Shown: positions 33,217 to 41,134 of the stretch, piece after piece
Position numbering within the stretch: position 1 is the stretch's first letter
How the letters are laid out: every line of letters starts with the position of its first letter
From: a virus
Length of the DNA stretch: 50,246 nt
Strand: one strand, 5' to 3'
IMG/VR virus record: IMGVR_UViG_3300047496_000021
Location: 1 to 50,246 of that record
The notes under the pieces: model-generated
What the model was told of the DNA's origin: nothing
Seen by the model: the letters and a program-made list of their open reading frames with translations, nothing else
Database searches by the model: none
Translations under genes and position numbers: made by a program

Positions 33217-33528
33217 ATGACCGAAGATGAAGTAAAGGCGCTTATCGAGCGCATGACTATTCTGGAAGAAATAGCCTTACCTGTTCGGCTAACCGCTGCG
33301 AAGTTCTCTGCCCTCTTCACCCTCGGCCGCCGTGGTTTGGCGGCTGACAAGCTGGCGGAGGCGTTGGAGAAAGCCAAGGCCGCGCTCTTGAGTGGCGACC
33401 CAGACGGGATCACGCGAGACGACGTGACCATCTATCGCCTTGATGGCGGAAAGGTCGGCGTTGCTCTCGACGCGGTTCGCCAAGCCCTCGCCGCCTACCA
33501 ATCCGATACCGGAGGGGATGCAACATGA
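33217..33528 (+). CDS. Hypothetical protein
   Basis: Start trimmed to ATG 33217 (MTEDEVKALIERM). The longer N-terminal extension from 33097 is Arg-rich and not protein-like. Confidence 0.5.
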   Translation: MTEDEVKALIERMTILEEIALPVRLTAAKFSALFTLGRRGLAADKLAEALEKAKAALLSGDPDGITRDDVTIYRLDGGKVGVALDAVRQALAAYQSDTGGDAT

Positions 33529-34415
33529 AAATCTATCTCGCCGCGCGTTACAGCCGCCACCCGGAAATGCGGATTGTCCGCGCTCACTTGGAGGGTATGG
33601 GCTATGAAGTCACAAGCCGATGGATCAATGGCGGTCACGAATGGATCAATGGCGGTCACGAATTGACCAAAGAGGGTTCAACTGAGGGCCACGAAGCGGA
33701 GCGCATACGATACGCCGAAGAGGATGTCGCCGACCTACGCGCCGCCGATATCGTAATCTCATTCACCGAAGAGCCTCGCAAGACCACTACGCGGGGCGGA
33801 CGTCATGTTGAGTTTGGGATGGCGCTCGCGCTTGGCAAGTCTGTCTATGTCGTCGGCTGGCGCGAGAACGTCTTTCACACCCTCCCAACAGTCAGGTTTT
33901 TCAAGACCACGCGCGAATGCTTGCTCGCCTTAAAAAAAAACCCGCCCGGAGGGGATGCGGTCTTGTCGGCTCCGGGGCCAGATATTCCCAAGACGATATA
34001 CAAGGCCGTTGAGCGCGTCCTTGACGAGAACAGCGCGTGGATAGCCCGGCCCAATGCAGAGGTAACAAAGCGGGTTGCCTTGGCAGCGGGAATAGCGTGG
34101 TCACTCCACACGGAAAAGGACCGGGGAGATTCCACCACCACCGAGGCGGGGGCCAGTTGGCCTACGGATGAGGACGTGGAGCGGGCGCGCGAGGTTTTGC
34201 AGGCGTCCTGTCCTGAATATGTCGAGGGCGACGTTTGCCGGGATTGTGATCTTGTTCACGGCTGCCGATCCGTCTCGCGCGCCGCCCTCATCGCCGCCGG
34301 CCCTCCCGCCACGCCTGGACAGCGTGGCGCGCCAGCGGGCGCAGCTGCAGGCCCTGCGCGCCTGACCTTTGCCGTTCCCTTTTTCTCTCAACCCAAGGAG
34401 CATGACCATGAGTGA
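33525..34415 (+). CDS. Nucleoside 2-deoxyribosyltransferase-like domain protein with an unknown C-terminal half
   Basis: MKIYLAARYSRHPEM...ADIVISFTEE...GGRHVEFGMALALGKSVYVVG. Contains a 21-bp tandem duplication and an A9 run. Confidence 0.6.
   Translation: MKIYLAARYSRHPEMRIVRAHLEGMGYEVTSRWINGGHEWINGGHELTKEGSTEGHEAERIRYAEEDVADLRAADIVISFTEEPRKTTTRGGRHVEFGMALALGKSVYVVGWRENVFHTLPTVRFFKTTRECLLALKKNPPGGDAVLSAPGPDIPKTIYKAVERVLDENSAWIARPNAEVTKRVALAAGIAWSLHTEKDRGDSTTTEAGASWPTDEDVERAREVLQASCPEYVEGDVCRDCDLVHGCRSVSRAALIAAGPPATPGQRGAPAGAAAGPARLTFAVPFFSQPKEHDHE
33621..33662 (+). repeat. Perfect 21-bp tandem duplication (tggatcaatggcggtcacgaa x2), in frame (WINGGHE x2)
   Basis: Read directly. Confidence 0.95.
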
Positions 34416-35265
34416 CGTTCTTCAGATTGATCACGATTTCGCCGCCGACCGGATCGAGACGTTCGCCCGCGAGGGGCGCTTGGTGCAGTCGAGCTGGCAC
34501 GTTCCGGCCGACGGCGGCGAAGGCCAGGAATTGGCCTGCCTGCTAGGCGCGATCCACCCGGGCATTAATGCGACGTCCGATTGCCCGGCGGCGCTTATGC
34601 CCGCGTGGCTGGCTCGCCTGACGGTGCGGCTTTTCGACGGCCTTCCGGCAGAACGCACAGTGGAATTTGGCCTCGCCTATGGCCAGCGCGTGCGGCGTTG
34701 GCGCGTGATCGATGAGGCGGGGTGGGAGCGCGCGCGGCGCGCTTTTATCACCGAAGCTATGACCGGCGCCGTCGCGCGGTGGCGCGAGAAAGGCGGAGAG
34801 GCGTCTCCTTTGTGGGCGGCGGTGACAAATCTCCATGACCGCGTCACTGCGGGCCTTCTGTCCGGCGCTCTGACGCGGCCGGCCTGGGCCAAATTGCGGT
34901 CGGAAGGCTGGGCGCTACGCGACAAGGCTTGGAACGCTTACTGGTCCGCTCGCCGGCGCGCGGCGGCGGAGGCGGTGGCGGCGGTGGTGGCGGTGGCGGA
35001 GGCGGAGGCGGTGGCGGAGGCGGAGGCGGAGGCGGCGGAGGCGGTGGCGGAGGCGGTGGCGGAGGCGGAGGCGGAGGCGGTGGAGGCGGTGGCGGCGGTG
35101 TCGGTGGCTCGCCGAGAGAGTTATGCCCGGTCGTTCGATACGCTGCTGCGCGTGCTCGACGTGGAAATCGCGGAAGAAGCGGTCGGGGTTGTCGAAAGTC
35201 GCTGTCCCGATTGTGATCCCGTAGCGCGATTTCAGTCTGAAACGGAAGGCCTAAACGATGAATAG
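34408..35265 (+). CDS. Cys-motif domain protein with an (E/V/A)-Ala array; paralogue of 21169..21903
   Basis: ATG 34408, 7 nt after aaggag. Shares LVQSSWH, ELACLLGA and DCPAALMPAWLA with the other copy. Confidence 0.7.
   Translation: MSDVLQIDHDFAADRIETFAREGRLVQSSWHVPADGGEGQELACLLGAIHPGINATSDCPAALMPAWLARLTVRLFDGLPAERTVEFGLAYGQRVRRWRVIDEAGWERARRAFITEAMTGAVARWREKGGEASPLWAAVTNLHDRVTAGLLSGALTRPAWAKLRSEGWALRDKAWNAYWSARRRAAAEAVAAVVAVAEAEAVAEAEAEAAEAVAEAVAEAEAEAVEAVAAVSVARRESYARSFDTLLRVLDVEIAEEAVGVVESRCPDCDPVARFQSETEGLNDE
34960..35106 (+). repeat. GNG-GCG coding array (mostly hexameric, some irregular units)
   Basis: gcg gag gcg gtg gcg gcg gtg ... read directly. Open in several frames on both strands. 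Confidence 0.85.
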
Positions 35266-35668
35266 CACTCCCGATCCAAAGACAGTCAAGGCGGTGTCGA
35301 GAGCTTTGGCGATTCAGCATACGTTAGATCGCGGATATGGTCAGGATGCAGACGTATTTAATTTCATGGTTGAAGAACTCACCCCTCAATTTATGCCAAA
35401 TGCTTTAGCCGTTATCCGCACCTTGCAAGAGATGGGGTGGAGATGCGTGGGGGAGGATGAGGTTGTGGCGCCGAGGGAGCCGACCCACGAAATCACGCGC
35501 GCTATGTCCGAAAGTGTCGCCGTGGATGACGGAGGTGCGTTTCCGTCATTGTGCGACCTGCTGGAGCTGGATTTTAGCGGAGAGAACAAGACCCACACCG
35601 TTCTAAGAGCCGCTTACCGCGCCGCCATCGCCAAAGCCTCACCCCCTAAACCCGAGGAGGCGGTGTGA
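35258..35668 (+). CDS. Hypothetical protein
   Basis: 136-aa ORF overlapping the upstream stop. Confidence 0.55.
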   Translation: MNSTPDPKTVKAVSRALAIQHTLDRGYGQDADVFNFMVEELTPQFMPNALAVIRTLQEMGWRCVGEDEVVAPREPTHEITRAMSESVAVDDGGAFPSLCDLLELDFSGENKTHTVLRAAYRAAIAKASPPKPEEAV

Positions 35669-36255
35669 TGGCCAAGATGCAGCGCATCACCGATCTTTGC
35701 GAGCCGCCAGTGGTCGGGCGCATGTATCTTGTACCTGTCGTGACTTGGCGCTGGTATAATCTAGAAAAACAATGGCCAGTATTTTTGCCAATTCACACGG
35801 ACGCAGAATGGCTAAAATTTCCTGATAGGCATTATCACATTGACCCTCGCTTTTTGAACGAGCGGCAATGCCGTCAAATCGGCAACAAAATAATGTCTGG
35901 CGATGAATTGGAAATGGTGCAGCGCGCCCCCATTAGTTCGCTGCGCTTTTCTTCTATAGACCCGCCGCCGCATCAATGGGCGCGGCGCAAATGCTATCGG
36001 GCCGACGTGCCTTATCGGCATGGCCATAGGGAGCCGATCAAGGCGCTCCAAGACGGTTACGCTGGGCAGACAGCCCGTCACGTCCGCACTGGCTGGACGT
36101 GCCCTCACAAGGGCTTCCCGCTGGGTTCTATAGACCCCGACGCGGACGGCATAATCACCTGCCCGCTGCATGGCCTTCGCATACGCGCATCGGACGGCCA
36201 ATGTCTTCCCGCCACCAGACGGGCCGCCAAGGGTGTCGTGGAGATGGAGTTGTGA
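35665..36255 (+). CDS. Protein with a C-terminal Rieske-type CxH...CxxH motif
   Basis: CPHKGFPLGSIDPDADGIITCPLHG, with 17 residues between the His and the second Cys. Confidence 0.55.
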   Translation: MMAKMQRITDLCEPPVVGRMYLVPVVTWRWYNLEKQWPVFLPIHTDAEWLKFPDRHYHIDPRFLNERQCRQIGNKIMSGDELEMVQRAPISSLRFSSIDPPPHQWARRKCYRADVPYRHGHREPIKALQDGYAGQTARHVRTGWTCPHKGFPLGSIDPDADGIITCPLHGLRIRASDGQCLPATRRAAKGVVEMEL

Positions 36256-36566
36256 CCCTAGAGCGCATCATCCGCCCTATCGTGGAGGGCCAAATCCGCT
36301 CCTTCCTCAACGATCACCCCGAGGTTCTGATTGGCGTCACGCGGCATAAGCCGTGGGGCAAAAGCCAAGCCGAATGGGTGACGGACTCACTCGCCAAGCG
36401 TATAGTTAGAGACCTGACGTGTGGCACAACAACTGCGCGTCTGGCGGCGTTTTTGGTGGAAGCCTCACCTGCCAACGCCGATTTAGTGGACGGTGGCACC
36501 TGCACTACCGCCGCTTCGGGGCCAGGTGGAACTACGAACTGCCCGGCCCATGAGGCCACGCCATGA
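36252..36566 (+). CDS. Hypothetical protein
   Basis: GTG 36252 overlapping the upstream TGA; 104 aa. Confidence 0.5.
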   Translation: MTLERIIRPIVEGQIRSFLNDHPEVLIGVTRHKPWGKSQAEWVTDSLAKRIVRDLTCGTTTARLAAFLVEASPANADLVDGGTCTTAASGPGGTTNCPAHEATP

Positions 36567-36612
36567 CCCCTCCCCTCCGCATCCAGCTCTCCCGCGCTAA
36601 GGGGTTTGAAAG

Positions 36613-36909
36613 ATGAGCGAACCGAACATCAGCATCGCCTGGGTCGGCGGAAACTGCCCCGTTCAAGCCGAGGGCACGATAGACGGCGCGGTGTTCTATT
36701 TCCAGGCGCGCGGCAAGCGCTGGTCGCTTACGGTTGCCACGGACGCAGGCGGCGTGGATGGCCCGAATGCGTGGGAGCATTCCGAACGCTACAGCGATGA
36801 CGAATATGCCGCCGGATGGATGAGTGAGGATGAGGCCCGAAGGTTTATCGCCAAGGGTGCCAAGCTCTATGACGAGCGCGCCAACACGCCAGAGGAGAGC
36901 GGGGGATGA
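36613..36909 (+). CDS. Hypothetical protein (GNCPVQAEG...FYFQARGKRWS family, as recalled)
   Basis: 98-aa ORF. Confidence 0.55.
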   Translation: MSEPNISIAWVGGNCPVQAEGTIDGAVFYFQARGKRWSLTVATDAGGVDGPNAWEHSERYSDDEYAAGWMSEDEARRFIAKGAKLYDERANTPEESGG

Positions 36910-37100
36910 CCTGTTCCATCTGCCACAAACCCGTCACCCCCATTGATCACCCGTTCTTCATCGGAACGCCGCGATCCCCGTCCGAACGCTGGACCATCAC
37001 GGCGCCGCTATATTTCCGTGCGACGCCAGATGGGCGCGAGATGGCTAAGGGGTTCTGCGGGACGGAATGCGCCGTTATGGATTTACGGAGGGGGATGTGA
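36906..37100 (+). CDS. Hypothetical small protein
   Basis: 64-aa ORF, ATGA-coupled. Confidence 0.5.
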   Translation: MTCSICHKPVTPIDHPFFIGTPRSPSERWTITAPLYFRATPDGREMAKGFCGTECAVMDLRRGM

Positions 37101-37291
37101 CCCGCATCCGCGCTTGGCTCGCATGGCGGCTGATCCACATGGCCTATTTGCTGTCGCCCACGGCCATTGAGTATTTCTGCGCCGCCACGGAATCGCTGGC
37201 CGCGCGTGTCACAATCGGCCCGTGGGGACCGCGCATTCCAGACATTGAGGCCGAGGAACGGGTGACGTGTCGGGGCGGCATTGTTTGGTAG
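37097..37291 (+). CDS. Hypothetical small protein
   Basis: GTG 37097 overlapping the upstream TGA. Last rightward gene. Its stop abuts the stop of the convergent gene at 37292. Confidence 0.45.
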   Translation: MTRIRAWLAWRLIHMAYLLSPTAIEYFCAATESLAARVTIGPWGPRIPDIEAEERVTCRGGIVW

Positions 37292-37474
37292 TTAGCCAAT
37301 ACGCCCCGACACGCCCCCGGCCAAAAGCTGGATCAAGTAAATCAGAACGATGACGCCCACCACAACGCGGGCGATCACGCCAAACGGGGCCGGAAGGGGA
37401 ATGAGCCCAATGGCCCAAATCGCGACGCCTGCGATAAGGCACACGATCAACAGCGTTATCAGGATGGAGATCAT
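37292..37474 (-). CDS. Small two-pass membrane protein
   Basis: Start trimmed to the ATG at 37474. Sequence MISILITLLIVCLIAGVAIWAIGLIPLPAPFGVIARVVVGVIVLIYLIQLL. Confidence 0.5.
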   Translation of the reverse strand: MISILITLLIVCLIAGVAIWAIGLIPLPAPFGVIARVVVGVIVLIYLIQLLAGGVSGRIG

Positions 37475-37624
37475 TTCGGTGTTTCCCGTTTGGGAGATAA
37501 CGGGCTTGGCGTGGTGACGGTTCCTTTGGCCCCTCGCGCGCCCGCATCCACTCCATACGGCCTCCCAACCGCCCTCGCCCACGCCTCATGTTGGGCGCGG
37601 TAGGAGGCTTGTTTGGCGGCGTGG

Positions 37625-37945
37625 TCATCCGACATCATGCGCACTCCACCCCATTGCCCGCTTCCGCGTCACGGTCACGTCTGGGCGCCGTCCGGCGGAC
37701 TTGTCCTCGGCTCGCCATTTATCCGCCAAAACTGACACCTGTTGTAGCGCATAGGCCGTGTCATCCGTGCGACCTCGTTTGCCGGCCCGCATGGTCAGGA
37801 TGAGCGGAAGAATGACCTTGCCGCGAATGGCGTTGCGATCATGAAACGCTCGCTTGTGATCGGGTTCACAGAAGGCTTGCAGGTGATGGCCTTGAACGAA
37901 CGTGCGCCCGCATTCAGGGCACGTCAGACTTAGCGGGTGTTTCAT
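37625..37945 (-). CDS. Zinc-ribbon protein
   Basis: 106 aa, CPECGRTF...FCEPDH. Confidence 0.55.
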   Translation of the reverse strand: MKHPLSLTCPECGRTFVQGHHLQAFCEPDHKRAFHDRNAIRGKVILPLILTMRAGKRGRTDDTAYALQQVSVLADKWRAEDKSAGRRPDVTVTRKRAMGWSAHDVG

Positions 37946-38048
37946 GGGACCTTTCCGTCAGTGGGTTTCACGCGCGGCTTGCGTGGACCACAGAAAGCCG
38001 CAAATATCACCAGACGTCAAGACCCCGGTTTTAGCGCCTAGGGTAGCG

Positions 38049-38285
38049 TCAGGGGGCTTGTAGGGCCTGCACAGCGCCTTTAACGGCGGCATTGATTACC
38101 GCGTCGGCGATGTCCTCCTCAAGGCCTGCCATCGGACCCGAAAGCGCTTGTTTGACCTGCGCTTCAATTACGTCGGTCAACAGAGGTCCCCCGTCCGTAA
38201 GCAGATAGGCCCATCGCGTTTGATCAACGGGCGACAATTTCGCGCGCCAGGCTTTGTAGATGGCGAGTGGGGTTGTGTCGGTCAT
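38049..38285 (-). CDS. Hypothetical small protein
   Basis: 78 aa, ATGA-coupled to the HNH gene stop. Confidence 0.5.
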   Translation of the reverse strand: MTDTTPLAIYKAWRAKLSPVDQTRWAYLLTDGGPLLTDVIEAQVKQALSGPMAGLEEDIADAVINAAVKGAVQALQAP

Positions 38286-38599
38286 GCAGTCTGTCCTTCC
38301 ACAATGGCGCGAGCGAGTGCGCGGATTTCAGCCGGGGATCTGATAAAGTCGCGCACGGGTAGCGGCTCACGAACGAGCCACCAGTGCGGATGAATGCGCC
38401 TGTATTCGTGCCATTCACGCGGCGTCATATCGGCCTTGAGATTGTTGCACGTGAAGCACGCCCAGACCATCCACCGACCGCCTTTGCTTTCCGGCCAAAC
38501 ATGATCACGGGTGGCGCGCAAAACACTCTTGGACTTCGGCGATTCAAGGCAACGCGAGCAATAAGCGCATCGCTGTCCTCGCCAGTGCGGCATTCCCAT
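38282..38599 (-). CDS. HNH endonuclease
   Basis: CAYCSRC...RDHVWPESKGG...CFTCNNLKADM. Confidence 0.85.
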   Translation of the reverse strand: MGMPHWRGQRCAYCSRCLESPKSKSVLRATRDHVWPESKGGRWMVWACFTCNNLKADMTPREWHEYRRIHPHWWLVREPLPVRDFIRSPAEIRALARAIVEGQTA

Positions 38600-38617
38600 T
38601 GCGCCCTCCCATGTGCG

Positions 38618-39343
38618 CTATTGAAGGGATTGAAGCCCCTTCGTCGGCGGCGGCATAACCCACGGCGTCGCCTTGATTGCGGCGGGCACGCTCGGAAACG
38701 GATCGCCGCCCATCTCTACCATCGCGGCCTCAATCGTCTCCTGAGCGCACACCGGCATGGGCGTCTGAGTGTTGGTGCAGGACCAAGCTTCCGCCGTCTG
38801 CTTGGTCACGTCGAACACGGCCTTGCAGGTCTTGATTGGAACCGCGACCTTGCCGCCGAGCCTTTGCCCAGTCCAGCCGCCACACGGCCCAGTAACGATA
38901 TAAAGCGTGTCACCGACGCCAGCGAGGTTGCGAAGGGCTTGCTCTAGGCCAGCCCACGCAAGTCTGTTGAGGTTCGGTGTTTGGGGAGCCGCGTTGCACA
39001 AAATGAACGTCGCGGGCTTATCCGCCGACGCCGCGCTCTCGCTCATGTGGCCGATGTCAAAGCCGCTATGAGCATACACGGACGGGCTGATTTGCTCATC
39101 GGCGGGAAGGCCGGGACACGCTTTAAACACACCATTGCGAGCGGTTTTCTTAGCCGCTGCGATGGATTCGGGCGTCTCGACTTGCGCGCTCCAAAGCGGA
39201 TCGCCTTGGGCCACGGAATACCCGACCGCGTAGCCGTCCTCGCAAAGCTGCACGTCAACCGCGATGGATGGCGGCTGGCCGCCCGCGAAGAACTGCGGGC
39301 AGGCGGTCGCGACGGTGGCGGAAGCGAGGAGAGCGAGGATCAA
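38618..39343 (-). CDS. DNA/RNA non-specific endonuclease (Endonuclease_NS/NucA-like) with an N-terminal export signal
   Basis: TTG start in a TTGA overlap. N terminus MILALLASATVATAC. Active-site-like HSGFDIGHMSES (compare the DRGH motif). Many Cys residues. Confidence 0.7.
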   Translation of the reverse strand: MILALLASATVATACPQFFAGGQPPSIAVDVQLCEDGYAVGYSVAQGDPLWSAQVETPESIAAAKKTARNGVFKACPGLPADEQISPSVYAHSGFDIGHMSESAASADKPATFILCNAAPQTPNLNRLAWAGLEQALRNLAGVGDTLYIVTGPCGGWTGQRLGGKVAVPIKTCKAVFDVTKQTAEAWSCTNTQTPMPVCAQETIEAAMVEMGGDPFPSVPAAIKATPWVMPPPTKGLQSLQ

Positions 39344-39555
39344 GCCGGAGCCTGCGTCTGCACCTTCTCATTGGCCGCATTCACCTGCGCGACCAACGTG
39401 GCCCATTGCGCCGCTGTCGGTTCAGTCCCGCCCGCGAACGCCGCAATATCGGCCTTGATCGTGGCGATATAGCCGACGACATCGCCGCCAATGGTGACAA
39501 GCGTCGGAACGAGACCGAGGGCGAGGCTGATATAGGTGAGGACGGCGGGGGTCAT
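39340..39555 (-). CDS. Small single-pass membrane protein
   Basis: 71 aa from the ATG at 39555 (ATGA-coupled); AVLTYISLALGLVPTLVTIGG. Confidence 0.5.
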   Translation of the reverse strand: MTPAVLTYISLALGLVPTLVTIGGDVVGYIATIKADIAAFAGGTEPTAAQWATLVAQVNAANEKVQTQAPA

Positions 39556-39923
39556 TTGGCGCTCACAGTGCTGGCCAGAGGGGTTGTCAGAGCCGCGAGA
39601 GCCGCAATCGCCGCCGACGCGTTGGATTCCGCCGACGAGATCGCTGTCGCCGAGGCCGTGCCGCTCGTCACCGTCGCCATGGCCGCCGACCACGCCGCTG
39701 TCGCTGTCGCCGAGGCCGCCCGAATTTGCAGGACGGTCGTGGGGCTGGAACAGGCCACGGGGCCACCAACGGCGCATGTCGGAAGCGCCTCGTATTGAAC
39801 GGCGATGTTTTGCGCCGCCGCGAGGGTTTGCCCCGCGACGTAAACGCTTTGTTGCGGCGTCTGGACCGACGCGCAAGCCGCGAGGGCTAGTGCGAGCCCC
39901 GCGCTGAGAAGGAGACGTTTCAT
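39552..39923 (-). CDS. Lipoprotein (candidate outer-membrane spanin component or other envelope protein)
   Basis: MKRLLLSAGLALALAAC lipobox; 123 aa, Ala/Ser/Thr-rich. Confidence 0.6.
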   Translation of the reverse strand: MKRLLLSAGLALALAACASVQTPQQSVYVAGQTLAAAQNIAVQYEALPTCAVGGPVACSSPTTVLQIRAASATATAAWSAAMATVTSGTASATAISSAESNASAAIAALAALTTPLASTVSAK

Positions 39924-40189
39924 TGTGTGGGTGGCTCCGGTTGAGGGATTGTTGTGACCGTCGTTGTTGCGGACGTGGTGGCGTTTGGATCGGGAGGGTC
40001 TTTCTTGATGTTGCCAAAATAGAACGTCAGCACAAGACCCACAAAGCCTGTGACAACAATCGTTTGAGACAAAAACATAAAACCCTGATTGCTGGTCAAC
40101 GCGGGATTGATGCCAATCATAGCAAAAATCGCACCAACCAAAAGAAACACGCCGATGATGATAAATCCACGAGAATCAGGCATTTTCAC
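39920..40189 (-). CDS. Two-TM membrane protein (holin candidate)
   Basis: FIIIGVFLLVGAIFAMIG and TIVVTGFVGLVLTFYFG with a polar tail; next to the endolysin. Confidence 0.55.
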   Translation of the reverse strand: MKMPDSRGFIIIGVFLLVGAIFAMIGINPALTSNQGFMFLSQTIVVTGFVGLVLTFYFGNIKKDPPDPNATTSATTTVTTIPQPEPPTQ

Positions 40190-40311
40190 TCTTCGCCCTC
40201 ACCTTCTGGGTTTCGCGCCATCACGAAGATCGTCGTTAAGACGCCAAGTATAACACCGATCACAATTCCGCCAAATATGGCGAACGCGATAACGTGGCCC
40301 TCTACGCACAT
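40186..40311 (-). CDS. Small single-TM protein (41 aa; holin/antiholin candidate)
   Basis: MCVEGHVIAFAIFGGIVIGVILGVLTTIFVMARNPEGEGEE; overlaps the endolysin 3' end by 10 nt. Confidence 0.4.
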   Translation of the reverse strand: MCVEGHVIAFAIFGGIVIGVILGVLTTIFVMARNPEGEGEE

Positions 40312-40766
40312 TGCTCGTCCGGCATGACGCCGCTCGCCATGATGTTCGCTTCGAGTTGCGCGCGGTTCGGCGTCTGATCGGCCCATTGGCTATTGATCAT
40401 GCCGTGCGCCGCCGCCGCGTAGTTTCCGGCCTTCATGGCTTGGAGCGTGTTGGTAAATCCGAGAAGCCCCGCGAGGCCGAGTTGGTATCCCATGCTGAGC
40501 AGAACCACTTGACGGCCTTGTGTCATTTCCCGCCACCACGGAAACGCACGATCAAACCTCTCGGCTAGGATTTCAACCGTCGCCTCAAGCCACGCCGTCG
40601 CCTCCTCTTCCGTGCAGGTCATGCCCAGCTTCACGCCCGCATCGGCCCGGCCATAGCCAATCGTCCACGGCGGTCCTTTGCTGATAGGATCTGGGTATGC
40701 CTCAAGGCGTAGGCCCTCTTGCGCCTTGATGAAGTCGCACGCGGGCGCCAGAACCGCGTCCGTCAT
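40302..40766 (-). CDS. Endolysin, GH24 (T4-type) lysozyme
   Basis: FIKAQEGLRLEAYPDPISKGPPWTIGYG catalytic region. Confidence 0.9.
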   Translation of the reverse strand: MTDAVLAPACDFIKAQEGLRLEAYPDPISKGPPWTIGYGRADAGVKLGMTCTEEEATAWLEATVEILAERFDRAFPWWREMTQGRQVVLLSMGYQLGLAGLLGFTNTLQAMKAGNYAAAAHGMINSQWADQTPNRAQLEANIMASGVMPDEQCA

Positions 40767-41134
40767 CTGCGCCCCGGCTTCGCGATGGCCGTCAACCGCT
40801 CATCAACCTCTGTGAGCCGGTTGTCTATGTTCCTCATGTGGTCGGACAGGTGATCAAACCGCGTCGTGTGAAAGTCAATCTTTGCGTTCATCGCGCTGAC
40901 GGACTGTTCCATGGTGTCCATCCATTTGATGGTCTTGGCGGCCATTGTTCCTAGAGGGACAATGATTGCTACGAGAACGCCCAAGCTCAGGCGACCCGTA
41001 AAAAGCCCCTTGACGCCTACCCGGTTGCCCTGCCGCGTCGCCGCGTTGCCTTCCTCGACGCAGGCGTGAACCTTGACGAGGTAGTCACGCATTTCGCGGG
41101 ACGAGGCATTCAAGGGGGGCGGTTCAATCTTCAT
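40763..41134 (-). CDS. Membrane-anchored coiled-coil protein (candidate inner-membrane spanin or holin-associated)
   Basis: Start trimmed to the ATG at 41134 (ATGA-coupled). TM segment LSLGVLVAIIVPLGTMAA, then a helical periplasmic part. Confidence 0.5.
   Translation of the reverse strand: MKIEPPPLNASSREMRDYLVKVHACVEEGNAATRQGNRVGVKGLFTGRLSLGVLVAIIVPLGTMAAKTIKWMDTMEQSVSAMNAKIDFHTTRFDHLSDHMRNIDNRLTEVDERLTAIAKPGRR

Noticed and set aside
37289-37294. Back-to-back stop codons of convergent genes with no intergenic space and no terminator
   Set aside because: It is real in the sequence. I could not identify any hairpin or signal, so there is nothing to claim beyond tight packing.
37209-37628. 139-aa minus-strand ORF whose ATG is ATGA-coupled to the zinc-ribbon gene stop
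   Set aside because: Its translation is Arg/Pro/Gly-rich with no structure-like segments. It overlaps the convincing two-TM membrane protein in another frame. The coupling is probably coincidental. Only its first few dozen codons (37475-37628) could be real.
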